Assembly (NCBI RefSeq): GCF_020745735.1 | Contig: NC_083409.1 | Location: forward strand, 24,200,048 to 24,264,047 | DNA from: Hemiscyllium ocellatum | Lineage: Eukaryota | DNA length: 64,000 nt | Reading direction: 5' to 3' | Part shown: positions 9,700 through 19,895 of the stretch, piece by piece | How the letters are laid out: each line of letters starts with the position of its first letter | How positions within the stretch are numbered: the stretch's first letter is position 1 | The notes under the pieces: model-generated | The model's database searches: none | What the model saw: only the letters and a program-made list of their open reading frames with translations | Told to the model about the DNA's origin: nothing | Program-made: the position numbers and the translations under genes

Positions 9700-12600
9700 T
9701 TGGATGAAAAATGAGAAAACAGAAGGTAAAGGAGAAGGTAGGATTGCTGGTTAGTGATGGGATTGATTGTTACCAGAAAATAAAAGGAAGGGATGGAATT
9801 TTTGAATATCAAAGGAACCATGAAAGTGCATGGAAAATCAATAGTAGTACAAACTTAGAGGTTGTATCTAAAAGTGCAGGGAAAATCAATACTAGATCAA
9901 ACTTAAAGACTTTGTGTCTAAATGCATGAAGCATTCTGAGTCAGGGAGACAAAGTGATGCCCCAAATCGAGGTAAATTGAGTTTCCAAAGAATTTAAACT
10001 AGTTAAAGTGGAGGAGGGCTCAGGAGAGGTTAGCAAAGATTCTAGAAGATGTAATAGGACTGAGAGCATGGAAGGGATCAGGAATCAAATGTCAAGCACA
10101 GCAGATAAGAGAACAATGATGAGGAGGAGGGCAGTCAATGCAGGACTGAGGGTGTTGTACTTGAATGCACACAGTGTACACAATGAGCTTGTAGTGCAGA
10201 TTGAAACAAGCAGGTACGATATTCTGGGTATCAGAGAGACATGGCTGTAAGGGGATCCGGGCTAGGAACTAAATATCCAAGGATACATGTCCTATCAAAA
10301 GGACAGGCTGATGGGCAGAGGGACAAGAGTTGCCTTGTTAGTAAGAAATGACTTTAAATCAATAGCAAGAAAGATACAGTCAGAAGGTGTAGAATCTGTG
10401 TGGGGAGAGTTGAAGAACACAAGAAATAAAGAATCTGATGCAAATTATGTTCAGGTCTCCGAGCAGTAATCAGGGTGTGGGGAAGGAAATCAATCAGGAG
10501 ACAGCGAAGCCATAAACAAAATGTCAGGGCAGACTTCAATGGATAAGTGGCCTGGATAGCACGTCTCAAGGAAAGAATTCCATGGAATGGCTATGAGATG
10601 GTTTTTGAAACTGCTTGTAGTTTGGAACAGGCAGTTTTGGATTCAGTGATGTATAATGAGGCAAATTTGATGAGTGAGCTGAAGATGAAAGTGTCCCTCT
10701 GGATAAGTGACCATAATACGATAGAATTCCCCCTGTAGTTTGAGAGGGAGAAGCTGCAATCAGATGGAACAGTATTTCAATTGAGTAAAGGGAACGACAA
10801 AGATGTGAGGAAGGAGCTGGCCAGAGTTGATTGGAAGGGAAGCTGAGCAGGTAAGATGGTGTGGCAGCAAACAGGGTTTCTGGGGGTAATTCAGGAAGCA
10901 GAGCAGGAATTCATCCCAAAAAAGAAGAAACACACTAGGGGGAGGACAATGTAACCATGGCTGATGGGGGAGGTCAAGGACAGCATAAAAGCAAAAGAAA
11001 AAGCACACAATGTGGTGGAAAATAGTGGGAGGCCAGAGGATTAGGAAGTCTTTAAAAACCTGTAGAGGATAACTTAAAAAAAAAATCAGGGTACAGAAGG
11101 TGAAATGTGGGGGAAAGCGAGCCAGTAATATAAAAGAAGATTGCAAGAGTTTCATCAGATATATAAAAAGGAAGAGGGAGGCAGAAATAGACATTGGAAA
11201 AAGAATAATAGGAAGTGAAGAAAAAGCAGAGGAATTGAATACATACATTACATCAGTCTGCACAATGGAAAACATGAGCAGTGTCCCAGTACTTCAAGAC
11301 TGTCAGGGGGCAGAGGTGAGTGCAGTGGCCATCACTAAGGAGGAGGTACTGGGGAAGCTGGAAGGTTTGAATGTGGATAACTCACCCAGACTGGATGAAC
11401 TACACCTGTGTGTTCTGAAGGAGATCACTGAGGAGATTGTGGAGACATTGGTAATGCTCTTTCAGGAATCAATGGAGTCAGGGTGTGGAGGTATTTTCTA
11501 AATAAGGAAGGCCTTTGGAAATCTAAAGCACAAACCACATTCAGGATTTTCTTAAGGTTAACAGGCAGGTGTGGCTTGTGCTTGGGAAGGCAAATGAAAT
11601 ATTAGCATTCATTTCAATAGTGCCAGAATACAAGAGCAGAAATGTACTGCTGAGGCTGTGTAAGGCTCTGATCAGACTGAATTTGGAATATTGTGAACAG
11701 ATTTGTGACCCATATTCTAAGAAACAATGTGCTGGCATTGGAGGGGTTTACAAGAATGATCCTGGGGATGAAGGGCTTGTCATATGAGGCACGGTTAAGG
11801 ACTCTGGGTCTGTACTCAATGGGGTTTAGAAGGATGAGGAGGGATCTTATTGAAATTTGCAGAATACTGATAGGCCTGGATAGAGTGGAAGCAGAGAAGA
11901 TGTTTCCAAAAACAGGAGAGACTCGGTAACCAAGGCACAGCCTCAGAACGAAGGGCCGACCCTTTAGAGCTGAGGTGAGGAGGAATTTCTTCAGCCAGAG
12001 GGTGGTGAATCTGTGGAACTCATTGTTACAGAGGACAGGGAGGCCAAGTCACTGAGTGTATTTAAGACAGAGATAGATAGGTTTGTGATTGTTAAGGGGA
12101 TGGAAATTTCCTGTGGAGTAGGCAGAAGAATGGGGGTGAGAAGCATATCTGCCAAGGTCAAATGGCAGAGCAGATTCAATGGGCTGAATGGCTGATTTTT
12201 GCTCCTATTTCTTAAAGACTTCTGGAGAGTTTCACCAAATCCCTGAAACACTGAACCCACTGAACACTGGACTCTGAGCCCTGCTGTAGTAGCTGTTTGT
12301 CATCAGAACTTTGCAAAGAGATAATCCAAGAGTGGAGAGAGTGTGCATCCATGTGGGAACTTCAGAATGTTTCCCAGCTCCTGGAATACCATGAGTACAG
12401 GAAGTGTGGTCAGTGACAGCAGTTAGAGCTCCGGGTTTCAGAGCTTGAGCAGCAGCTGGTGTCAGTGCAGAGCGTCCGTGAGGCTGAGAGCACGTTTCTA
12501 GATGTGGTCACTCTGCAGCTTCAGAGTATGCAGGGAGAGAGGGAATGGGGGAGCAGCAGACTGTCAAGAGGACCAGGCAGCTAGTACAGGAATCCCCAGG

Positions 12601-13300
12601 CATCCTACTCTCCAACCAGGATTCAGTTCAGAATCCTGATGAGAATGATGGTTCATCTGGGGAGTGCAGCCAGAGCTAAGTCCCTGGCACCACGGGGGGC
12701 TCAGCTGTACAGGGAGGCACAAGGAAGACTGAAAGAGTGATAGTGAGGGGAGATTGGAGAGTGAGGGCAGTCGATAGGTGTTTCTGCAGCTGCAGATGGG
12801 TTTACAAGATGGTGTGTTGTCTCCCTAGTGCCAGGGTTAAGGATATCACTGAGCGGCTGCAGACCACCCTGAGGGGAGAGGGGGAACAGGCAGCGTTCAT
12901 GGTCTACATCAGTCCCAGTGACAGAGGGAGAAAAGGGATGTGGTCAGAAGTTTTGGAGCTTCCTACTTTTAAGTAATGTGGAGCTTCCTACTTTTGAGTT
13001 CCTGCTGCTAATTAGTAGCAGGAACTCAAAAGTAAAAATCTCCAGACTACTCCCAGTGCCCCGTGCAAGTGAAGAAGGGATCAGGCCCGAAACGTCGACT
13101 CTCCTGCTCCTTGGATGCTGCCTGACCTGCTGCACTTTTCCAGCAACACATTTTCAGCACCCCACACAAGTGAGAATAGAATCAGGAGGTGAACACAGGT
13201 GATTGCTGGGTTGGAAAGAGGATCCATGAGGGAGGGCTTTAGATTTTTGTGAGGTGGTTTACTACTGTTAAAGAGGGTTTAAACTAACTTGGCAGGGCTG
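9700..13300 (+). mobile_element. Degenerate CR1 pieces (endonuclease, RT-linker, 3' end and ORF1 esterase fragments) in the J-C intron
   Basis: LRVLYLNAHSV...YDILGIRETW (APE), KSFIRYIKRKR, PRLDELHLCVLKE, and MVCCLPSARVKDITERLQ (ORF1 SGNH). Shared in inverted form with 54,000-58,250. Confidence 0.85.
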
Positions 13301-13589
13301 TGGGAGCCAGGTGCGAATATCAGAGAGGAACACCAAGGACCACAGAATCCTCAGAGCAGTCAATAACTCACCACCCAGTGGGAAGGATGTGGAGAAATAC
13401 AAATGCAAGGAATTTAGAGACCTGCAAATATGATAGAGCCGTTATAAATGGGGGGGGGGGGGTCTTTAATTTCTGAATATAGTGACCAGAGTGGCAAGAG
13501 TGTGTTTTGGTGAATTTTCAGATGGCATTGGTGGCTTAGTGGTGGATCGGGTTGTGGGGGGTGGGGGGGCAGAGGTGGGGGTTCGGGTC

Positions 13590-13885
13590 AGCATAGTGGC
13601 TCAGTGGTTAGCACTGCAGCCTCATAGTACCAGGGTCCCAGGTTCAATTCCAGCCTTGGGTGACTGTGTGGAGTTTGCACATTCTCCCTGTGTCTGCATG
13701 TTTTTCCTCCGTGTGCTCTGGTTTCCTTCCACAGTCCAAAGATGTGCAGGTCAGGTGAATTGGCCATGCTAAATTGTCCATAGTGTTTGATGCATTACTG
13801 AGAGGGAAATGGGTCTGGGTGGGTTACTCTTCGGAGGATCGGTGTGGACTTGTTGGGCTGAAGGGCCTCTTTCCACACTGTGGAG
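13590..13885 (+). mobile_element. HE1-like V-SINE
   Basis: TGGCTCAGTGG A-box, GGTTCAATTCC B-box and V-domain. Confidence 0.85.
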
Positions 13886-13899
13886 AATCTAATCTAATC

Positions 13900-16290
13900 A
13901 TTGGCAGTGAAGAAGGCTGTCTAAGAATACAGTGGAATCTTGACCAACTGGGCCAGTGGACTGAGGAATGGCAGATGGAGTTTAATTCAGATAAATGTGA
14001 GTGCTGTATTTTGGTAAGACACAAGAGATGGGTGAGATCCTGAACAAATATTTTAGGTCAGTATATATTGTGGAGAAAGCTAGGGAATTTGGAAAAATAG
14101 TGATGTCTTGAAAAGAGACCACACAAATGAGGAGATGCTAAAGATCTTAAAACACATAAAGGTAGATAAACCCTAGGACCTGACCAGGTGTATCCCAGAA
14201 CATTGTGACAAACTAGGGAAGAGTTTTTGGGACCCTTGCTGAGATATATGTATCATCGGCAACCATGGGTAAGATGCTGGAGAAACAGAGAGGTTGGCTA
14301 AGATTACGCCATTAATTCAGAAAAGCTGTAAGGAAAAGCAAGGGAACGATAGACCAGTGAGCCTGATGTCAGTGCTGGGTAAGATGTTGGAGTGGATTCT
14401 GTGGGACAGGATTTACATCGTTTGGATAATCAGTGTGGCTTTGTGAATAGGCAATCATGTCTCCTGAATTTGATTCAGGAGGTGACAAAAAGATTGATGA
14501 AGACAGAACAGTAGACATTGTCAATATGGACTTCAGAGTAAAGTGTTTGACAAGGTTCCACACCATAGACTGGTTAGTAAGGTTAGACCACGTGGGATCC
14601 AGGGGGAGCGAGCCATTGGGGTCAAAAAATTGGCTTGAAGATAGGAGACAGAGAGTGGTGGTAAATGGTTGCTTTTCAGACTGGAGATCTGTGAATATCT
14701 GTGTGCCGCAAGGATTGGTGCTCAGTTCACAAATGCTTTTCATCATTTAAAGAAATGATTTGGATGTGAATATAGGAATTACTCTAAGTTTGTAAATGAC
14801 ACCAAAATTGGTGGGACAGTGGATAGTGAAGAAGATTATCTCAGGGTACAGCGGGACCTTGATCAGATGGGGCAATGGGTAGAAGAGTGGCAAATGGAGT
14901 TCAGTTTAGATAAATGTGAGATGTTGCATTTTGGAAAGGCAAACCAGGGCAGGAGTTATACAGTTAATGGGAGGGCCCTGTGGAGTGTTGCTGAATAACA
15001 GACGTAGGGGTGAAGATGCAGGTACATTATTCCTTGAAAGTGGGGTCACAGGTAGACAGGGTGATGAAGAAGGTGTTTGGTTTGCTTGCTTTTGTTCATC
15101 ACTGCATTGAGTCCAGGAGTTGGAACATCATGTTACAGCAGTACAGGAGATTGGTGAGGCCACTTTGGGAATGATGTGAACAATCCTATCATCCTGAGAT
15201 AGGAAGGATGTTGTTAAACTTAAAAAGCTGCAGAAAAGATTTACAAGGATGTGGCCAGGATTTGGAGGGTTTGAGCTGTCGGGAAAAGCTGAAGAAACTG
15301 GGGCTATATTCCCTGCAGCATCTAAGGCCTCGGGGTGACCTTATGGATGTTTATAAAACCATGAGGGGCATGGACAGGGTGTATATCCAAGGTCTTTTCC
15401 GTTGGAAAGGGATTCCAAAACAAGAGGACATAAGTTTAAGGTGAGAGGCAAAAGATTCAAAAGGGACCTGAGGGGTAACTTGTCACACAGAGGGTGGTGC
15501 ATGTCTGGATTGAGTTGCCAGAGAAAGTGTTGGAGGCAGATACAGTTACAGCATTTAAAACACATTGGTATGGGTACAAGAATAGGTTGGGTTTCGAGAG
15601 ATGTAAGCCAAATGCTGGCAAATGGGATGTGGTCATTTTAGGATATTTGGTTAGCATGGACAAGTTGGACTGAAAGGTCTGTTTCCACGCTGTATGACTC
15701 CATGACTATGAGCGGCTGGAAAAGCTGAGACTTCTTACCCTGAAGCGGAAGGTTCTGAGGAGTGACCTTGTAGAGGTTTGGAAAATCATGAGGGATATAG
15801 ATAATGTGAAGAATTCTGGAAGGAGGCGAATGTTTTGTAGCGATGGCAAAAATTGTTCCCAAAGATTATTCCGGGGATGAGGAATATCAGTTATGAAGTT
15901 TGATTGGAGAATTTGGGACTGCCTTCTTTGGAGAAGGTTGAGAGGAGACTTGTTCAAGGAATTCAAAATCAGGAAGGGCCTGGACAGAGTAAATAGGGAG
16001 AAAATGTTCCCAATTTAGAAAGGATTCAGACCAAGAGACCACAGATTGAAAGCAATTGGGAAAAGTAACAAAAGTGAGATGGGGAACAACATTTCTAGCC
16101 AGTGAGTGGTTAAGGTGTGGAATGCACTGCCTGAGAGTGTGGTGGAGGCAGCTTCAATTGAAACATTCTGAAGGGAATGAGGCTGTTATTTGAAAAGAAA
16201 CAATGTGCAGGGTGACAGGGAGAAGGCAGGAGAATGACACTCAGTGAATTGCTCATTCGGAGAGCCGGTCCAGACAGGATGGGTGGAATT
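13900..16290 (+). mobile_element. CR1 RT and 3' fragments (two or more copies)
   Basis: VDIVNMDF, NWLEDRRQRVVVNGCFSDWRSV..VPQG and FTQRVV..WNALPE motifs. The paralog is at 50,560-53,250. Confidence 0.85.
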
Positions 16291-16339
16291 GCGTCCTTGT
16301 GCATTGTAACAATTCTGTGATTGTGAGATTGAGCAGAGT

Positions 16340-16580
16340 TAAAGCTGGGGGAGGTGGGAGCTCGGTGTCTCACTGTGCTGCTGCTGCTGCTGCTGCTGCT
16401 GAGGTCAGTGAGATCAGAGACTGGGACAGGGAGCCAGAGCTCACATCAAACTCTGCCCATGTCTGTCACACTGAGACTGGCAGAAGGCTAGTCATTGATT
16501 TCACTCCATGCTGCAGGAATGGGACCACAGGCTGCAAATGGACAGAGCTCCTCCACACAGTGAGTAAAACTGACTGACTT
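16340..16580 (-). promoter_or_regulatory. Conserved J-proximal intronic block (candidate intronic enhancer) with (CAG)n and lone heptamers
   Basis: About 8 substitutions in about 240 nt versus 50,300-50,535, against about 80% identity in the adjoining J-proximal segment. It contains overlapping CATTTG/ATTTGCAG next to TGTGGT. Confidence 0.5.
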
Positions 16581-16774
16581 CTGTCTTGCTGCTTAAGCGG
16601 GTCAATGGAACTAAAGAAGTACAGCTGGACACCCTGTTCGACACAGTGCTCCTCAATCAACCATTTCATTCACTGCAGCTCCCCACTAACACCTTCAACA
16701 ATTCAGCATTTGTGTTTTAGAAAGTGTATTTCAGTATTGACAGGGTTAATAACGGACAATTGAGGTTTACTTGC

Positions 16775-16809
16775 TCAGTCTGAGCTTGGTTCCTTTCCCG
16801 AACGTGTAC
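16775..16809 (-). CDS. IGKJ: J segment J1 (YTFGKGTKLRL); splice donor is GCAAGT
   Basis: FGxG motif, 35 nt, flanked by a canonical 23-RSS. The phase-1 donor position matches J2 but reads GC. Confidence 0.97.
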
Positions 16810-16848
16810 CACAGTGAGAGCTCCCAGTGCAGAGGCTGTACAAAAACC
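16810..16848 (+). other. 23-bp-spacer RSS of J1 (canonical)
   Basis: CACAGTG at 16810-16816, 23-nt spacer, ACAAAAACC at 16840-16848. Confidence 0.98.
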
Positions 16849-17292
16849 TCTGCTCTCTGCTTCCCCCTGTCACTCTCAACCTCTCCCTGTCTCTCTCTGT
16901 CTCTGTCTATTCTTGGTCAATCTCATTCACTCCCTACCCCTCTCTGTCTCTCCCTCATTCATGTGTCTTTATCTCTCTGTCTCCCTGGGTTGTGTCCAGC
17001 TACTCTCGGGGGTTTGTGAAATTTAGTTTTCATTGTTAAATCTTGCAGCTGTTCTTCACATGCGGCCATGGAGTGTAAGAGGGAAACTTGAGGCCTTCAG
17101 TGAGCGGTGGACACCACAGGGACTGGAGTGTGAAGTGGACAGTGACAATCCCAGCATGAGGTAATTTGTTCAATTTACTTTATATATAACTGTGGATGTG
17201 TCAGTGCAGGAGGTGGGACTGTCTGTCCATTATTATGCATTTCATATAACTGTTGGATGTGTCAGTACAGGAGGTGGTGTTGTGCGTGTTGA

Positions 17293-17320
17293 GGTTTTTA
17301 TATGGCTCTGTATCACTGTA
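17293..17320 (-). other. 12-bp-spacer RSS of V1 (defective)
   Basis: TACAGTG (17320-17314), 12 nt, ATAAAAACC (17301-17293). The first C of the RAG-critical CAC is mutated. Confidence 0.95.
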
Positions 17321-17616
17321 AAGGCTGCTGCTATACTGCTGACAGTAATAGTCAGCGACATCTTCATTCTGAACATTGCTGATTGTCAGGGTGAAACTGG
17401 TCCCTGATACACTGCCGGTGAATCGATCGGAGACTCCTGTGAATCGATTTGTTGCATAATAGATCAGGAGAGAGGGTTTGTGACCTTCTCGCTGCTGGTA
17501 CCAAGCAAGGTTGCTGCTAATGCTTTGACTGGCCGTACAGGTGAGTGTTGCAGTCTGGCCCAGTCCCACTGACAGCACCGGGGGAGACTGGGTCATGATG
17601 ATGTCCCCACTGATAC
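17321..17616 (-). CDS. IGKV: V exon V1 (11-nt leader part 2 plus 95-codon kappa-type V region)
   Basis: ccctcag|GT ATC AGT GGG then [38 protein letters not shown]...[15 protein letters not shown]; conserved Cys/Trp/Cys. Confidence 0.97.
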
Positions 17617-17800
17617 CTGAGGGGTCAGAGAGAAACACAGTGAAGTCAGAACTGTCATAGAAAGAGCCAGTCAAATGAGAGATTGTTTGAGACACTGAGC
17701 ATTCCTCTGGTTTCAGCATTTTCCCTTCAATCACAAGTCAGTGGAATTGGAGTGAAATGGAGAGCAGCGAAAGATTCAAGGTGGAAGGAGAGATTTGTAC

Positions 17801-17849
17801 CTGCAACACAGAATGCCAGGGGCCAGATTAACTGGATGTGTGAAATCAT
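17801..17849 (-). CDS. IGKV: Leader exon L1 (MISHIQLIWPLAFCVA-G)
   Basis: cacaccATG context, 49 nt, phase-1 donor G|GTACAA, 184-nt intron to the V exon. Confidence 0.93.
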
Positions 17850-17904
17850 GGTGTGTGCTCCTGTCCCTGTGCCTGGTTCCTGATAAACTCTCCCTTCACT
17901 GGGC

Positions 17905-18005
17905 TCTGCTTTATAAAGCTGCAGCCTGTGAGAGTCTGGGTGTTCCTCAGTATGTAAATGGCATCAGGCAGAGAGAGCCACGTCAGCCCCTGACACTTCC
18001 ACTTC
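17905..18005 (-). promoter_or_regulatory. V1 promoter: TATA, octamer variant, CRE/G-box and ETS site
   Basis: GCTTTATAAAGC at 17908-17919, ATTTACAT at 17959-17952, TGACGTGG at 17985-17978, GGAAGTG at 18000-17994. Confidence 0.75.
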
Positions 18006-18039
18006 TCTCTCGCTCTCTCTCTCTCAGAGAATCATTGAT

Positions 18040-18720
18040 GTGAACAACATTGAATGAGGCCATTTGGCCCATTATGTCTGTGCTGGGAAACAAAGATCTG
18101 ATGACACTAATCCCATCCTCCAGCTCTTGGCCCATTACCCTGGGGGCTACAGCAACACAAGGGAAGATCTAAACACTGCTCCAATGTCACGAGAGTTTGT
18201 GACTCAGTCAGACTTTCAGGCAGTGAGTTCAAGACTCCCACCTCCCTCTGGGTGAAAACATTTCTCCTCAATTCTCCTCTCACTCCAATTTGACTGGGCC
18301 TGGACTCACTCAAGTTCAGAAGGATGAGAGGGAATCTGATTGAAATGTATAAAATTCTAACAGGGCTGGGCAGGGAGGAGGTTTCCCCTGGTTGGGAAGT
18401 CATGGGACCCAGTCTCAGGGGGATACAGGGTAGACAATTTAGGACTGAGATGAGGAAACATTTCTTCACTCAAAGGGGAGGACAACTGTGGAACTCAAGG
18501 AACTGAATAAATTCAAGAAAAAGAGAGAGATAATTGTTTTGCATTTTAACAGCATGAAGGGAATGGGGAGAAAGCAGGAATATGGTTTTGAGGTGGAGGA
18601 TCAGCCATGATCATACTGAATGACAGAGCAGAATGAAAGGGCCAAAAGGCCTACTCCAGTTCCGAGTTTCTATGTGTCCATGTCTGTGTTACCTGGGACA
18701 CAGGTTATTGAGTCCTTTAC
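18040..18720. mobile_element. CR1 3'-end fragments in both orientations upstream of V1
   Basis: ELRRNVFTQREVGVLNSLPE (minus) and MRGNLIEMYKILTGL (plus). The paralog is at 48,060-48,870. Confidence 0.8.
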
Positions 18721-18929
18721 TGATGTGTAAAGTGCCTTCTTACCCACGCTACCACTTCCCCAAATAATCTTATCCCCCTCTATCATGTCCCCTCTCAGCC
18801 TTCACTGCTTCAAGGAAACAATCCCAACCTTTCCAAGATTTCCCCACAGCTGACCCTTCATCCCAGGCAGCATCTTGGTAAATCTCTGCACCCTCTCAAG
18901 TACAATCACATCCTTCCCAGAATGTGGTG

Positions 18930-19296
18930 ACCAGGACCTATCCACCTCTCTCTCTCTGTCTCACATCTGTCACTTCTTTCTCTCTATCCCTCTTTCTCCT
19001 ACTGTTAATAGCTTTCATGTTCTCTCTCTCTCTCACTCTGTCTCATAGCCACTCTCCCCAATTCACTCATGCTTTCTCACTCCATCTCATCATTATTTTT
19101 CCATCTCTCACTGTCTCCATAACTCCTTCCCTCTCTCGCTTCAATTTAAATCCTCTATTATCTCTCCTCTCTATACCTCCCTCTGTCTCTCTCCCTCCCT
19201 CTCTCCATTCCCAATCTACAGTCGTACTCCCTCCCTCTCTGTCATTCTGTTTCTAATCATACTCATGTCTCTCACTTTCTTTCACTCTCTCTCTGT

Positions 19297-19349
<53 letters not shown>

Positions 19350-19390
19350 ACAGACACTCACCCTTTGTCTCTGACTCACTTCTCTCTCTT
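18930..19390. repeat. CT-rich low-complexity tract with (CA)n at about 19,299-19,347
   Basis: Seen directly; the paralogous GA-rich tract is at 47,165-47,870. Confidence 0.9.
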
Positions 19391-19895
19391 TCTCAGTGTC
19401 CCAGGTTGTGGCAGTTGAATTCAGGATGAATCTCCCTCTCTCTGCCCCACTCATGGATGTTAACCCTTGACCCCAGAAGCATGTTTTCTCCTGGAGTAAG
19501 GCCCCATTTTCCACATTGACCTGGATTTGGCCTCTCTCAGAAAGATGGCTAGATTCTTGTCAAATGAAGGGCAGTTCTGTGCTGTTGGCCTATTCTCACT
19601 GGGGACTGGTTTGGACACAAAGCTCATTCCATGAAGACCCAGCAGAGAGAGGAGATCCTCAGGCCATCAGTATGACCTGGAGGGACAGGACAGGCTCTGA
19701 CTCACTGATCTAGCCTGTCCATTCACAACATGTTCCAATCCCTTTCCCTCTCCTACCCCTCTCCTTCCCTTTCCATGATCAGTCTCTGAGTCAGGGTGTT
19801 TTACTGGGATGTGGGTTGAACCATTACATAGTTAAAACAGAAAGGAACTGAACCCCACACTCACCTTGGAGTCTATGATGCACTGGACTCTCCTA

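Larger units (their letters stand above)
7830..17849 (-). pseudogene. Light-chain cluster 1 (L-V-J-C): ORF-intact but signal-defective, probable pseudo- or low-activity cluster
   Basis: V RSS is TACAGTG/ATAAAAACC, the J donor is GCAAGT, the C-terminal Cys is replaced by Phe, and about 2 kb of intron present in cluster 2 is missing. Confidence 0.65.

Noticed and set aside
13449-13590. G-run / G-quadruplex-like tracts (also 41,470-41,520 and 54,510-54,550) and (CCCCTG)n at about 52,064-52,100
   Set aside because: These are simple-sequence expansions inside CR1 debris, not positionally conserved in sequence between arms.
16299-16577. Paired antisense ORFs with poly-Ala (partner 50,305-50,550)
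   Set aside because: The poly-Ala comes from the (CTG)n tract, the start codons differ and there is no domain similarity. Kept only as a non-coding candidate.
17201-17734. Treating the supplied 177-aa (and 151-aa) ORFs as the real proteins
   Set aside because: They run from the leader intron through the RSS. The true gene structure is L exon - intron - V exon - RSS.
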